The position numbers were made by a program, and so were the translations under genes. A stretch of 64,000 nucleotides of DNA, taken from NCBI GenBank assembly GCA_044221705.1, contig JBGAOR010000013.1:2529-66528 (forward strand), given 5' to 3'. Source of the stretch: Planctomycetota bacterium (GTDB lineage Bacteria > Planctomycetota > UBA1135 > GCA-002686595). Below the pieces are notes generated by a model. That model worked only from the letters and a program-made list of their open reading frames with translations. It searched no databases and had not been told where the DNA came from. Of this stretch, positions 22,300-33,842 are shown in pieces. Numbering within the stretch: position 1 is the first letter of the stretch; each line of letters begins with the position of its first letter.

Positions 22300-24224
22300 T
22301 AGTCTCGCTCGCCGTGCGATCCGTCCTCCACGCCCTCGCCCTCGCCTCCGTCGTCGCGCTGCCGTGCGGCGCCCAGTCTCCCGTGCCCGCGGCGCAGGCC
22401 GCGACGCCCGCGCGCTTCGGCCAGTACCTGCGCGAGATCGGCGGCCTCGCCGAGCCGGGCTTCGCCGCGATCGACGTCGAGGGCCGTCTGTGGGTCACCG
22501 AGCGCTTCACCGGCGCGGTGCGCGCGTTCGGCGCGGACGGGAAGGAGCTCGCGCGCTTCGCGCTCGAGGTGAAGCCCGGCCTCCCGCGCGAGCCGCGCGG
22601 CATCGCGATCTCTCCGGCGGGCGAGATCTACGTCGCGGACGGCGTCGAGCAGCTCGTGGTCGTGCTCGACGGCGCCGGTGCGAAGGTGCGCGCGATCGGC
22701 AACAGGGGGTCCGGCCCGGGCGCGATGCGCGAACCGCGCGGCCTGGCGATCGCCGGCGACAAGCTCTACGTGGCCGACGCGGGCAACCACCGCATCGATG
22801 TGTTCGGGTTGGACGGCAAGTTCGAGCGCGCCATCGGACGCCGTGGCTTCGGCGACGGCGAGCTCCTGGCGCCGAACGACGTCGCGGTCGACGCGCAGGG
22901 CCGCGTCTTCGTCGCGGACCTCGGGAACCAGCGCGTCGTGCGCTTCGAGAAGGACGGCGCTTCGGCCAGGTCCTGGGGCGGGCTGGGTCCGTACTCCGGC
23001 CTCTTCCACGCGCCGACCGGCATCGCCGAGCGCGGCGGGCGCGTCTTCGTCGCCGACCGCGACAACCACCGCGTGCAGGTCTTCGACGGCGACGGCAAGC
23101 CCGACCACGAGTGGGGCATCCACGCGATCCGGCCGCGCGAGGGCGGCGGGAAGCTGCACTATCCCAGCGCGATCGCGCTCTCGCCGAAGGGCGACGTCGC
23201 GGCCGTGGTCGAGGACCTCGAGGGCCGCGTCCAGTTCTTCGGCAACGCGGGCGACACCGGCGCCGATCCGCCGGTCGTCGACCGCAGCTCGGCCGCGCAC
23301 TACGAGGGCGGCTGCGACGTCGCGCGCAACCTGCTCGCGGTGCTCGAACCGGCCGGCCCGTCCGTGTCGATCTTCGACATGGCGCATCCGACGCCGATCG
23401 AGATCACGCGCTTCGGCCGCTCGGGCGCGACCGCGGGCAAGTTCCTCGTGCCGGCGGACGTCGAGTTCGCCGTCGACGGGAAGAGCGTGTGGGTGTCGGA
23501 CCCGCTCGTGCACCGGATCTCGCAGTACGCGCTGGCCTACGAGCCGGGCGGCGTCCTGCGCTTCGATCCCTACATGGCGAAGTTCGTGCGCGCGCTCGAC
23601 CTGGAGAGCGCGCCGAAGCTGCCCGCCGCGCCCTGGCCGCCCGAGCCGACCGCGCTCGAGTTCGCGCCGAACGGGACGCTCTACGTGGCCGACCGCGCGA
23701 ACGGGCGCGTGCTCGCGCTCGAGCCCGAGGGCCAGGTCTTCCGCTCGTTCGGGGAGCCGGGCACCGGTCCGGGACGTCTGCTCGAACCCGTCGCGCTGGC
23801 GTTCGGGCCCGCGACCGAGGGTTTCCTGTACGTCGCCGACGCGCGCGGACGGAAGGTCGAGGCCTTCGACCTCCTGGGCCAGTCGCGCGGCTCGTGGCCG
23901 ATCCCGGACGGACGCGATCGCGACGCGCGGCCGCGCGGACTCGCGGCGGCGGAAGGCGGCGGGTTCTGGGTCAGCGCGGAGGACGCGCACGTGCTCGTGC
24001 GCGTCGACGCCGAGGGCGCGCCGGTCGCGACGATCGGCACGCCCTGGGCGCCGGGCCTCGGGAAGCTCGAGTTCTTCCATCCCGAGGGGCTCGCGCGGAA
24101 CGGCGACGGCCTGGTCGTGATCGACGCCGGCAACCACCGCTTCCAGGTGCTCGACAAGTCGGGCGGATTCCAGACCGCGTGGGGATCGCGCCTCTTCCTG
24201 GAACCGATCCTGAAGGCCAAATAG
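22278..24224 (+). CDS. secreted NHL-repeat beta-propeller protein
   Basis: Signal peptide (LALASVVALPCGAQS). Repeated motifs of the type LYVADAGNHRIDVFG, VFVADLGNQRVVRF, VFVADRDNHRVQVFD, LVVIDAGNHRFQVLD. Start ATG 22278 overlaps the end of the preceding gene by 22 nt. Confidence 0.8.
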   Translation: MRGAPRLIVSLAVRSVLHALALASVVALPCGAQSPVPAAQAATPARFGQYLREIGGLAEPGFAAIDVEGRLWVTERFTGAVRAFGADGKELARFALEVKPGLPREPRGIAISPAGEIYVADGVEQLVVVLDGAGAKVRAIGNRGSGPGAMREPRGLAIAGDKLYVADAGNHRIDVFGLDGKFERAIGRRGFGDGELLAPNDVAVDAQGRVFVADLGNQRVVRFEKDGASARSWGGLGPYSGLFHAPTGIAERGGRVFVADRDNHRVQVFDGDGKPDHEWGIHAIRPREGGGKLHYPSAIALSPKGDVAAVVEDLEGRVQFFGNAGDTGADPPVVDRSSAAHYEGGCDVARNLLAVLEPAGPSVSIFDMAHPTPIEITRFGRSGATAGKFLVPADVEFAVDGKSVWVSDPLVHRISQYALAYEPGGVLRFDPYMAKFVRALDLESAPKLPAAPWPPEPTALEFAPNGTLYVADRANGRVLALEPEGQVFRSFGEPGTGPGRLLEPVALAFGPATEGFLYVADARGRKVEAFDLLGQSRGSWPIPDGRDRDARPRGLAAAEGGGFWVSAEDAHVLVRVDAEGAPVATIGTPWAPGLGKLEFFHPEGLARNGDGLVVIDAGNHRFQVLDKSGGFQTAWGSRLFLEPILKAK

Positions 24225-24689
24225 GTGTCGCCCATGTCCCCTCTCGCGTTCGTGCGCGGCGTCGCGGTCGTCCTGGCGATCCCGGCGGTGCTCGTCGTCG
24301 CTTCCGCCGCGCGCCCGGTGGCGTCGCCGAGCGCGGCGTCGCGCGAGCGCGCCGAGAGGATCGTGACCTCGAACGGCGGCCGCTACGTCGTTCACGTGAC
24401 CGAGCCCGAGGGCGGCTTCGTGCGCGGCAAGCCGCTGTCGCTCGTCGTGCGCGTGACGCGCGCCGGCGATCCGTCCGCGACCGTGAAGGGGCTCGGCCTG
24501 GTCGTCGACGCCGACATGCCCGAGCACCTGCACGGCACGAACCGCGCGCCGCGCGTCGAGCGCCGCGACGACGGCACGTTCGTCGTCGAGAACCTCTACC
24601 TGCACATGCCCGGCTGGTGGGAGGTCTTCCTGGACGTCGTCGAGAGCCCGTGGACGGAGCGCGCGCAGTGGCGCGTCGAACTCGAGTGA
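24225..24689 (+). CDS. small secreted protein of unknown function
   Basis: GTG 24225 immediately follows the TAG of the NHL gene. Has an N-terminal TM / signal segment and high GC3. Contains DADMPEHLHG and HMPGWWE. Its stop overlaps the start of the peroxidase gene. Confidence 0.6.
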   Translation: MSPMSPLAFVRGVAVVLAIPAVLVVASAARPVASPSAASRERAERIVTSNGGRYVVHVTEPEGGFVRGKPLSLVVRVTRAGDPSATVKGLGLVVDADMPEHLHGTNRAPRVERRDDGTFVVENLYLHMPGWWEVFLDVVESPWTERAQWRVELE

Positions 24690-26002
24690 TCCGGCGCGGC
24701 CCTTCGCTGCTCCTCGGCGCGTTCGCGCTCGCCGCCGCGAGCTGCGCGGCCGGCTCGGATCCCGTGCCTGACGCCGCGGCCGCGTCGACTCCGTCCGCGC
24801 CCGCGCCGCAGGAGCGCGCGAGCGCATCCGTGCCGGCGGTCGCCGCCGCGCCGCAGGCCGACCGGCCGAGCGCGCAGCTCGTCGCCGCGCTCGACGCGAC
24901 GACGATCCAGCGCATCCTGCGCCACGGCCCCCTGGGCGAACCCGAACCCGATCCGACGAACCGCGTCGCGACGTCGCGCGAGGCGGCGCACCTCGGACAG
25001 CGCCTCTTCTACGATCCGCGACTCTCGCTCGACTCGTTCCACTCGTGCGCGTCGTGCCACATGCCGTCGCGCGCGTTCGCCGACGGTCTTTCCCTGCCGG
25101 ACCCGCCCGGCTCGAGCGAGCGCCACAGCCCGACCGTGTTGAACGTCGCGCACCAGCGCTGGTTCTTCTGGGACGGGCGCGCGGATTCGCTGTGGAGCCA
25201 GGCGCTGGCCGTCATCGAGAACCCGAAGGAACTCGGCGTCGGCCGGCCGGGCCTCGCGCGGCTCGTCGCGCGCGACGACATCTACCGGGCCGAGTACCGC
25301 GCCGCGTTCGGCGAGGAACCGTCCGACGCCGCGGAGCACGCGGACCGCACGGCCGTGAACGCCGCCAAGGCCATCGCGGCCTACGAGACGCGGCTGCAGA
25401 GCGGCGATTCGGCCTTCGACCGCTTCGCGTCGGCTCTCGCGGCGCGCGACCTCGACGCCGCGGCCGCGTATCCGCCGGACGCGCTGCGCGGGCTCTTGCT
25501 CTTCCTCGGCCGCGGGAACTGCCGCTCGTGCCACGCCGGCACGAACTTCTCCGACGGCGAGTTCCATTCGATCGGCATGCCGCCGCTGGGCGGGGGCAAG
25601 CTCGCCGACGCGGGCCGGATGCGCGGCATCGAGCGCCTGCGCGCCGATCCGTTCCGCGGGACGGGCCCGTGGAGCGACGCGCCGTCGTCGGAGCGCGCGC
25701 TGGAGGTCGACGCGCTCGTCCAGAACTCCGAACAGTGGGGCCAGCTGCGCACTCCGTCCCTGCGGAACGTCGCGCGCACGGCGCCCTACATGAGTCAGGG
25801 ACAGGTGGCGACCTTGCGCGCGGTCCTCGAGTACTACTCGACCCTGGAGGGCGCGGTCCCGTCCGGCCACCACGGCGAGCAGGTCTTGAAGCCGCTGCAC
25901 TTCAGCCCGGAAGAAATGACCGACCTCGAGGCCTTCCTCCGGTCGCTCGACGGCCGCGATCCGCCGCCCGAACTCGTCTGGTCGCCGCCGAAACCGCGCT
26001 GA
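24686..26002 (+). CDS. di-haem cytochrome c peroxidase / MauG-family enzyme
   Basis: Two CxxCH haem motifs (CASCH, CRSCH) with CCP family context (RLFYDPRLS, WDGRADSLWSQA, LRTPSLRNVARTAPYM). Lipoprotein-like N-terminus (LGAFALAAASC). Confidence 0.88.
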   Translation: MIRRGPSLLLGAFALAAASCAAGSDPVPDAAAASTPSAPAPQERASASVPAVAAAPQADRPSAQLVAALDATTIQRILRHGPLGEPEPDPTNRVATSREAAHLGQRLFYDPRLSLDSFHSCASCHMPSRAFADGLSLPDPPGSSERHSPTVLNVAHQRWFFWDGRADSLWSQALAVIENPKELGVGRPGLARLVARDDIYRAEYRAAFGEEPSDAAEHADRTAVNAAKAIAAYETRLQSGDSAFDRFASALAARDLDAAAAYPPDALRGLLLFLGRGNCRSCHAGTNFSDGEFHSIGMPPLGGGKLADAGRMRGIERLRADPFRGTGPWSDAPSSERALEVDALVQNSEQWGQLRTPSLRNVARTAPYMSQGQVATLRAVLEYYSTLEGAVPSGHHGEQVLKPLHFSPEEMTDLEAFLRSLDGRDPPPELVWSPPKPR

Positions 26003-26088
26003 GAGGCGCACTCCCTGGCGGTGCGGGGCGCGACGGCTACCATGGAACGGATACAGTTCGAGCAACGCCCGTAGGAGCCTCCGCGCCG

Positions 26089-28653
26089 ATGCGCAACTCG
26101 TCCCCGACGCCGACCCGTTCCCTCCTGTTCCTCGCGGCGCTCCTCACGACGACGACGGCCCGGACCGCGGCGGCCCACGACGGCGACGGCAAGACCCGGG
26201 ACCGGCGGCCGCGCTTCGAGGTCGCGCGCGGCACGCGCGGCAGCGCGTCGCAGAACCTCCCGCTCGCCGCCGAGAACTTCGCGTTCCCGGCCAGCAACGT
26301 GCAGCTCCTGTCGTGGATCCCGCTGCGCGACTTCGGCTTCGCGCAGGACAACGCCAACTCCTGCTCGGGCTACGTGTCGCCCGGCGGTCGCGAGTACGCC
26401 ATCCTCGGCCTGTACACCGGCACCGCGTTCGTCGACATCACCGATCCGGGCGACCCGGTCATCGTGGCCTCGATCCAGGGCCCCTCGAGCCTGTGGCGCG
26501 ACATGAAGGTGTTCGGCTCCACCTGCTACGCGGTGAGCGAAGGCGGCGGAGGCATCCAGGTCATCGATCTCGCGCAGATCGACGCGGGGGTGGTGACGCT
26601 CGTCGGCGCGATCACGACGGGCGGATCGCAGGCGACGCACACCGTCGGGCTCGACGCGGCCTCGGGATTCCTCTACCGCTGCGGCGGTTCGGGCAACGGG
26701 CTGCGCATCTACAACCTGGCGAACCCGCTCAACCCGACGTACGTCACGACGTGGAGCGACCGCTACGTCCACGAGTGCCAGGCGGTCACGTACACGTCCG
26801 GCCCGTACGCGGGCAAGCAGATCGTGTTCGCGTGCGGCGGGCTGAACGGCGGCTTCGACGACACCGCGCTCGACATCCTCGACGTCACGAACAAGTCGAA
26901 CATCATCCTGCTGAAGCGCTTCCGCTACTCGAACGGCGCGTACTCGCACCAGGGTTGGCTGTCGGCCGACAAGCAGTGGTTCTACCTGAACGACGAACTC
27001 GACGAGCACGGCAGCAACCAGATGCGCACGCGCGTCATCAACGTCGCGTCGCTCACGAACCCGGTCGAGTTCCCCTCGTTCACGACGGGCTCGAACGCCA
27101 TCGACCACAACCTGTACGTCCACGACGGCAAGATCTTCGAGTCCAACTACCGCAGCGGTCTGCACGTTTTCGATGCGGCGGTGCCGTCGGCGCCGGTGCG
27201 CATCGCCTGGTTCGACACGTACCCGCAGGACGAAGCCGCGAACTTCAACTCGCTCTGGAACAACTACCCCTTCCTGCCGAGCGGCACGATCGTCGGCAGC
27301 GACATCGAGAAGGGCCTCTTCGTGTGGCGGCTCGGCGCGCCCGAGATCGATTTCGCGTTCCCCGCGAGCACGCCGCTCGTGGTCAGCCCCGAGGGCGAAG
27401 CCGTCGCGCTCGAGCTCGTCACGGCGCCCGGCGTCACCGTCGCGGGGGGCGCGTCGCTCCACGTGAACTCGGGCGCGGGCTGGAGCGAGATCCCGCTCGC
27501 GGCGCAGCCGACGGGCGGCTACCTGGCTTCGTTCCCGCCGGCCGCGTGCGGCGCGGACCTCGCCTGGTACGTCACGGCGCGCTCGAACACGGGTCGCACG
27601 TGGTCGTGGCCCCAGGGCGCGCCGGCGATCGTGGCGCACGTCACCGCCGCGGCGGCCGTGAGCGTGGCGGTGTCCGACCGGCTCGACGTCCCCACCGGCT
27701 GGACCGGCAGCTCGATCGGCGACACCGCGACGAGCGGCCGCTGGGAGCACGGCGATCCGAACGGATCGACCGCGCAGCCCGAGGACGACCACTCGTTCGC
27801 CGGCACGAACTGCTGGTTCACGGGGCAGGCGCCGCCGCAGTCGCAGGTCGGCCTCGCGGACGTGGACGGCGGGTTCACGACGCTCACGACGCCGGTGTAC
27901 GACCTCTCGGCCCTGCAGCAGCCGGTGATCTCGTACTGGCGCTGGTACGCGAACGCGATCGGATCCGGGACGCCGTTCGAGGACGTGTTCACGGTCCAGA
28001 TCTCGAACGACGGCGGCGCGACCTGGTCGACCGTCGAGGTGATCGGCCCGACGGGCGAGGTCGTGTTCGGCGGCTGGTTCCAGCATCAATTCCGCGTCGC
28101 CGACGTGATCGCGCCGACGAACCAGGTGCGCCTGCGCTTCGTCGCCTCGGACCTCGGCAACCCGTCGACGGTCGAGGCCGCGATCGACGACCTGGCGATC
28201 GCCGACGTGACCTGCCCGACGCCCGGACCGACGACGTACTGCGTCGCCAAGGTGAACAGCCAGGGCTGCGTGCCGGCGATCTCGACCAGCGGCACTCCGA
28301 GCGCGTCCTCGGCATCGGCCTTCCCGATCCAGTGCGCGAACGTGCTCAGCAACAAGCCCGGCATCCTGGTCTACGGCGCGCAGCGCGCCGCGACGCCGTT
28401 CCAGGGCGCGACCCTGTGCATCGCCGCGCCGGTCCGGCGCACCCCGATCCAGATGTCGGGCGGCAATCCGCCGCCGGCGGACTGCTCGGGCGTCTTCACG
28501 TTCGACTTCAACGCGCTCGTGCGCGCCGGGACCGACGCGGGCCTCGTGCCCGGGCGCCGCGTCGTGGCGCAGTACTGGTCGCGCGACGTCTTCGATCCCA
28601 CCGGCTTCGGCAGCAGCCTGTCCGATGCCTGCGAGTTCACGATCCAGCCCTGA
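26089..28653 (+). CDS. secreted LVIVD-repeat / choice-of-anchor-B-like propeller protein with a jelly-roll domain and the conserved C-terminal domain
   Basis: AGGAG lies about 12 nt upstream of ATG 26089, and there is a signal peptide (LLFLAALLTTTTARTAAA). LVIVD-type blades (GGGIQVIDLAQ, NGLRIYNLANP, ALDILDVTNKS, SGLHVFDAA). A MAM-like region follows, then a Cys-containing tail of about 140 aa (28231..28650). Confidence 0.8.
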   Translation: MRNSSPTPTRSLLFLAALLTTTTARTAAAHDGDGKTRDRRPRFEVARGTRGSASQNLPLAAENFAFPASNVQLLSWIPLRDFGFAQDNANSCSGYVSPGGREYAILGLYTGTAFVDITDPGDPVIVASIQGPSSLWRDMKVFGSTCYAVSEGGGGIQVIDLAQIDAGVVTLVGAITTGGSQATHTVGLDAASGFLYRCGGSGNGLRIYNLANPLNPTYVTTWSDRYVHECQAVTYTSGPYAGKQIVFACGGLNGGFDDTALDILDVTNKSNIILLKRFRYSNGAYSHQGWLSADKQWFYLNDELDEHGSNQMRTRVINVASLTNPVEFPSFTTGSNAIDHNLYVHDGKIFESNYRSGLHVFDAAVPSAPVRIAWFDTYPQDEAANFNSLWNNYPFLPSGTIVGSDIEKGLFVWRLGAPEIDFAFPASTPLVVSPEGEAVALELVTAPGVTVAGGASLHVNSGAGWSEIPLAAQPTGGYLASFPPAACGADLAWYVTARSNTGRTWSWPQGAPAIVAHVTAAAAVSVAVSDRLDVPTGWTGSSIGDTATSGRWEHGDPNGSTAQPEDDHSFAGTNCWFTGQAPPQSQVGLADVDGGFTTLTTPVYDLSALQQPVISYWRWYANAIGSGTPFEDVFTVQISNDGGATWSTVEVIGPTGEVVFGGWFQHQFRVADVIAPTNQVRLRFVASDLGNPSTVEAAIDDLAIADVTCPTPGPTTYCVAKVNSQGCVPAISTSGTPSASSASAFPIQCANVLSNKPGILVYGAQRAATPFQGATLCIAAPVRRTPIQMSGGNPPPADCSGVFTFDFNALVRAGTDAGLVPGRRVVAQYWSRDVFDPTGFGSSLSDACEFTIQP

Positions 28654-28654
28654 A

Positions 28655-31600
28655 ATGAGCGGCCCAACGGCCGCTTCGAGGACCCCCATGCTGTTCGCCG
28701 TACGCCCCCACCTCTTCCGCTACACCGGACCGGTCGCGGCGTGGCCGCGACCGGAAGCGCTGGACTCGGCGCTCCAGGCCTTCCGCGCCGAACACGGCGC
28801 GAGCTGGCAGGTCGCCCGCGACACCGAGACCGGCTTCGCCGAGATGCTCTACGGCGGCGGCGCGCAGCTCGGGGCCGCGGTGCGGACGGAGGCCGAAGCG
28901 CAGGTGCTCGCCGGGCTCGCGCTCGCCGCGACCGCGTCGGTGCACGGCGTCGCGACGGAAACGCTGCACGTCGAGCGCGTCGTGTTCCTGCCCCTGGGCA
29001 TGATCGGCACCTCGGACAAGTGGACCGTGCGCTACGGGCAGCGGCTCGGCGGCCTGGACGTCGAGGGCGCCAAGGTCAACGTGCTGCTCGACTCGACCGG
29101 TCGCATCCTGTCGGTGCACTCGACCGCGGTCGCGGGCGTCGAGACGATCCCGTCGCTGCCGACCTTCGGCCCCGAGAGCGCGCTGGCCGTCGCCGGCGAC
29201 GCCTTCCTCGCACGCCACGAGATCCAGGCGGCCGACGCCTCGCGCCCGGTGCTCACGGCGCGCCGCACGCTCGCCGACGGACGGCGCGTCGCGCGCGCGG
29301 CGTGGTCGATCGACCTGTCGCACGGACCCGCCAGCGAGACCCCGATCGCCGACCGCTACTGGATCGACGCGCTGAACGGCTCGGTCCTGGCGGTGGAGAA
29401 CCAGATCCACCACTTCGACGTCACGGGCACGGTGCGCACGAAGGCGACGCCGGGCCTCGCGCCCGACACCGCCAGCAACCCCGAGACGGACCAGATCATG
29501 CGCTACGCGCGCGTGACGAGCTCGGCCGGCGAAGTGACCACCGACGCCAGCGGCGTCTTCGTGTACCCGGGCGTGAACACGCCCCTGTCCGTCACGGTCA
29601 CCTACTACGGGACCTACAACGACGTCCAGAACGCGGCCGGCGCGGAGTACTCGCTCACGACGACGGTCCAGCCCAACACGCCGACCACGATCAACATGAA
29701 CCCGGCGCCGACGGACCAGCTGACGGCGCAGGCGAACGCGATGATCGGCGTCAACCGGCTGCGCGATTACGTGCGCTCGGTGAACCCGACGGACGCGACG
29801 TCCGACTTCCGCTACGTGGTGAACGTGAACCAGGCGAACACCTGCAATGCGTTCTTCAACGGCAACTCGATCAACTTCTTCCTCGCCGGCGGGGGCTGCC
29901 CGAACACCTGCTACTCGACCGTGATCAGCCACGAGGCCGGCCACTGGCTGAACGTCCTCTACGGCACGGGCAACGGCGGCGACGGGATGGGCGAAGGCAA
30001 CGCCGACGTGTTCGCCATGTACAACTACGACGATCCGGTCGTGGCCCAGGACTTCTTCGGCGTCGGCTCGCCGATCCGCACGGGCCTCAACAACCGGACC
30101 TTCTGCGGCGATACGACCCCGGCCTGCTACGGCGAGGTCCACTCCGACGGCGAGCCCTGGATGGGCGCCGCCTGGAAGATCCGCAACCGCCTGAACCAGA
30201 CGAACGGCAACGCGGTCGGCGATGCGATCTCGAACGCGATCTTCATGGGCTGGATGAACGGCTACAACCAGTCGCAGATCCGCTCGATCATCGAGACCCA
30301 GTGGCTCACGCTGGACGACGACGACGCGAACCTCACGAACGGCACGCCGCACTTCGGCGACATCGACGGCGGGTTCCGCGACCAGGGCTTCCCGGGCGTC
30401 ACGCTCGTCGCGCTGGCGATCGCCAACGTCACCGCGCTGCCCGACACCGAGAACGTGGCCGGACCGTACACGGTCGACGCTTCGATCTCGGCCAACTTCA
30501 GCCCGCCCCTGACCGGCACGATCCTGCGCTGGCGCGTGAACGGCGGCGCGTTCCAGGACGTGGCGATGGCGAGCCTGGGCGGCGGTTCCTACCGCGGCAC
30601 GATCCCGGGTCAGCCCTATCCGTCGCTCGTGCAGTACTACGTCGTGGCGACGGACAGCGCGGCCCGCGTGGCCACGTCGCCGCCGAGCGCGCCGGAGCAA
30701 CTCCACTCGTTCGACGTCGGCACGCGGAACTCGATCGCGAGCTACGGTTTCGAGACGACGGCCTCCGGCTGGACCACGGGCACGGTCGGCGACACGAGCA
30801 ACCCCGAGGTCGACTGGGCCCGCGGTCTCCCGCTCGGGCGCGGCGGCAACGTGGGCGGCACGCCCTGGCGCGATCCGAGCGCGGCATTCGCCGGGTTCTC
30901 GTGCTTCGCGAACGACCTCGGGTCCGGAGCGAACGACGGGGCGTACTCGGCCAACGTGCACAGCTGGCTGCGCTCGCCGGCGCTGAACCTCACCGGGCGC
31001 CAGAACGTGAGGCTGCGCTTCCAGAGCTGGCTCTCGTGCGACGGGAACGCCAACGACCAGGTGCGCGTGCTCGTGAACGGCACGACCTTCTACCTGAACC
31101 CGGCGGCGCCGCGGTCCGACACGGGCTGGGGCATGCAGGAGTTCGACATCTCCTCGGTCGCCGCGAACAACCCGTCGGTCCAGATCGAGTTCCAGCTGCG
31201 CTCGAACGGCACGAACCAGTTCGGCGGCTGGGCGATCGACGAAGTGAGCGTGTTCGACCTCTCGGTGATCGTGCCCCCGTGCCCGGCTCCGCAGAGCTAC
31301 TGCGTCGGCGCGCCGAACACGGTCGGAGGCGGAGCGCAGATGGGGTACTCGGGCACGGGCAACCTCGTGCTCAACAACCTGCAGCTCTTCGTCTACGCCT
31401 GCCCGCCGCACACGTCGGGTCTCTTCTTCTCCGGCACGACCGCCGTGCAGACCCCGTTCGGCAACGGATTCCGTTGCGTGGGCGGATCGACGGTCCGCCT
31501 GGGCATCCTGACCACCGACACGTTCGGCGACGCGACGCTCCCGCTCGACCTGAACAACCTGCCGGGCGGGGCCGCGCTCCCGGGTCAGGTGCGGAACTTC

Positions 31601-31681
31601 CAGTTCTGGTACCGCAATCCGGCCGCGGGCGGCGCGGGCTTCAACCTCAGCAACGGCCTGTCGGTCACGATCTGCAACTGA
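28655..31681 (+). CDS. thermolysin/fungalysin-like gluzincin metalloprotease with a jelly-roll domain and the conserved C-terminal domain
   Basis: HEAGH followed 19 aa later by EGNAD (HExxH ... ExxxD gluzincin arrangement), with a propeptide-like N-terminal region. MAM-like domain (GGWAIDEVSVFD). C-terminal tail 31292..31678. Start ATG 28655 lies just after the upstream stop; alternatives are 28625 and 28688. No obvious signal peptide. Confidence 0.8.
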   Translation: MSGPTAASRTPMLFAVRPHLFRYTGPVAAWPRPEALDSALQAFRAEHGASWQVARDTETGFAEMLYGGGAQLGAAVRTEAEAQVLAGLALAATASVHGVATETLHVERVVFLPLGMIGTSDKWTVRYGQRLGGLDVEGAKVNVLLDSTGRILSVHSTAVAGVETIPSLPTFGPESALAVAGDAFLARHEIQAADASRPVLTARRTLADGRRVARAAWSIDLSHGPASETPIADRYWIDALNGSVLAVENQIHHFDVTGTVRTKATPGLAPDTASNPETDQIMRYARVTSSAGEVTTDASGVFVYPGVNTPLSVTVTYYGTYNDVQNAAGAEYSLTTTVQPNTPTTINMNPAPTDQLTAQANAMIGVNRLRDYVRSVNPTDATSDFRYVVNVNQANTCNAFFNGNSINFFLAGGGCPNTCYSTVISHEAGHWLNVLYGTGNGGDGMGEGNADVFAMYNYDDPVVAQDFFGVGSPIRTGLNNRTFCGDTTPACYGEVHSDGEPWMGAAWKIRNRLNQTNGNAVGDAISNAIFMGWMNGYNQSQIRSIIETQWLTLDDDDANLTNGTPHFGDIDGGFRDQGFPGVTLVALAIANVTALPDTENVAGPYTVDASISANFSPPLTGTILRWRVNGGAFQDVAMASLGGGSYRGTIPGQPYPSLVQYYVVATDSAARVATSPPSAPEQLHSFDVGTRNSIASYGFETTASGWTTGTVGDTSNPEVDWARGLPLGRGGNVGGTPWRDPSAAFAGFSCFANDLGSGANDGAYSANVHSWLRSPALNLTGRQNVRLRFQSWLSCDGNANDQVRVLVNGTTFYLNPAAPRSDTGWGMQEFDISSVAANNPSVQIEFQLRSNGTNQFGGWAIDEVSVFDLSVIVPPCPAPQSYCVGAPNTVGGGAQMGYSGTGNLVLNNLQLFVYACPPHTSGLFFSGTTAVQTPFGNGFRCVGGSTVRLGILTTDTFGDATLPLDLNNLPGGAALPGQVRNFQFWYRNPAAGGAGFNLSNGLSVTICN

Positions 31682-31711
31682 CGGTCGCGGAGCCCGGCTC
31701 CGCCACGAGCA

Positions 31712-31754
31712 CCAGGGCCGATCCGGCGCGCGCAGCGTGCCGGGTCGGCCCTGG
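31712..31754. terminator. bidirectional stem-loop between convergent genes
   Basis: CCAGGGCCGA (31712..31721) pairs with TCGGCCCTGG (31745..31754). An inner CCGGC/GCCGG stem extends the helix. It lies between the protease stop and the recG stop. Confidence 0.45.
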
Positions 31755-31793
31755 GCTTCTCGTGCAGGAGTCCGACCACCTCGGCGCGCGCGA

Positions 31794-33842
<2,049 letters not shown>

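Noticed and set aside
25834-31411. Very long minus-strand ORFs (25834..28689 and 28637..31411) opposite the two large secreted-protein genes
   Set aside because: The translations are Arg/Asp/Ala/Gly-rich and family-less. The plus-strand frames carry signal peptides, LVIVD blades, HExxH and shared domains.
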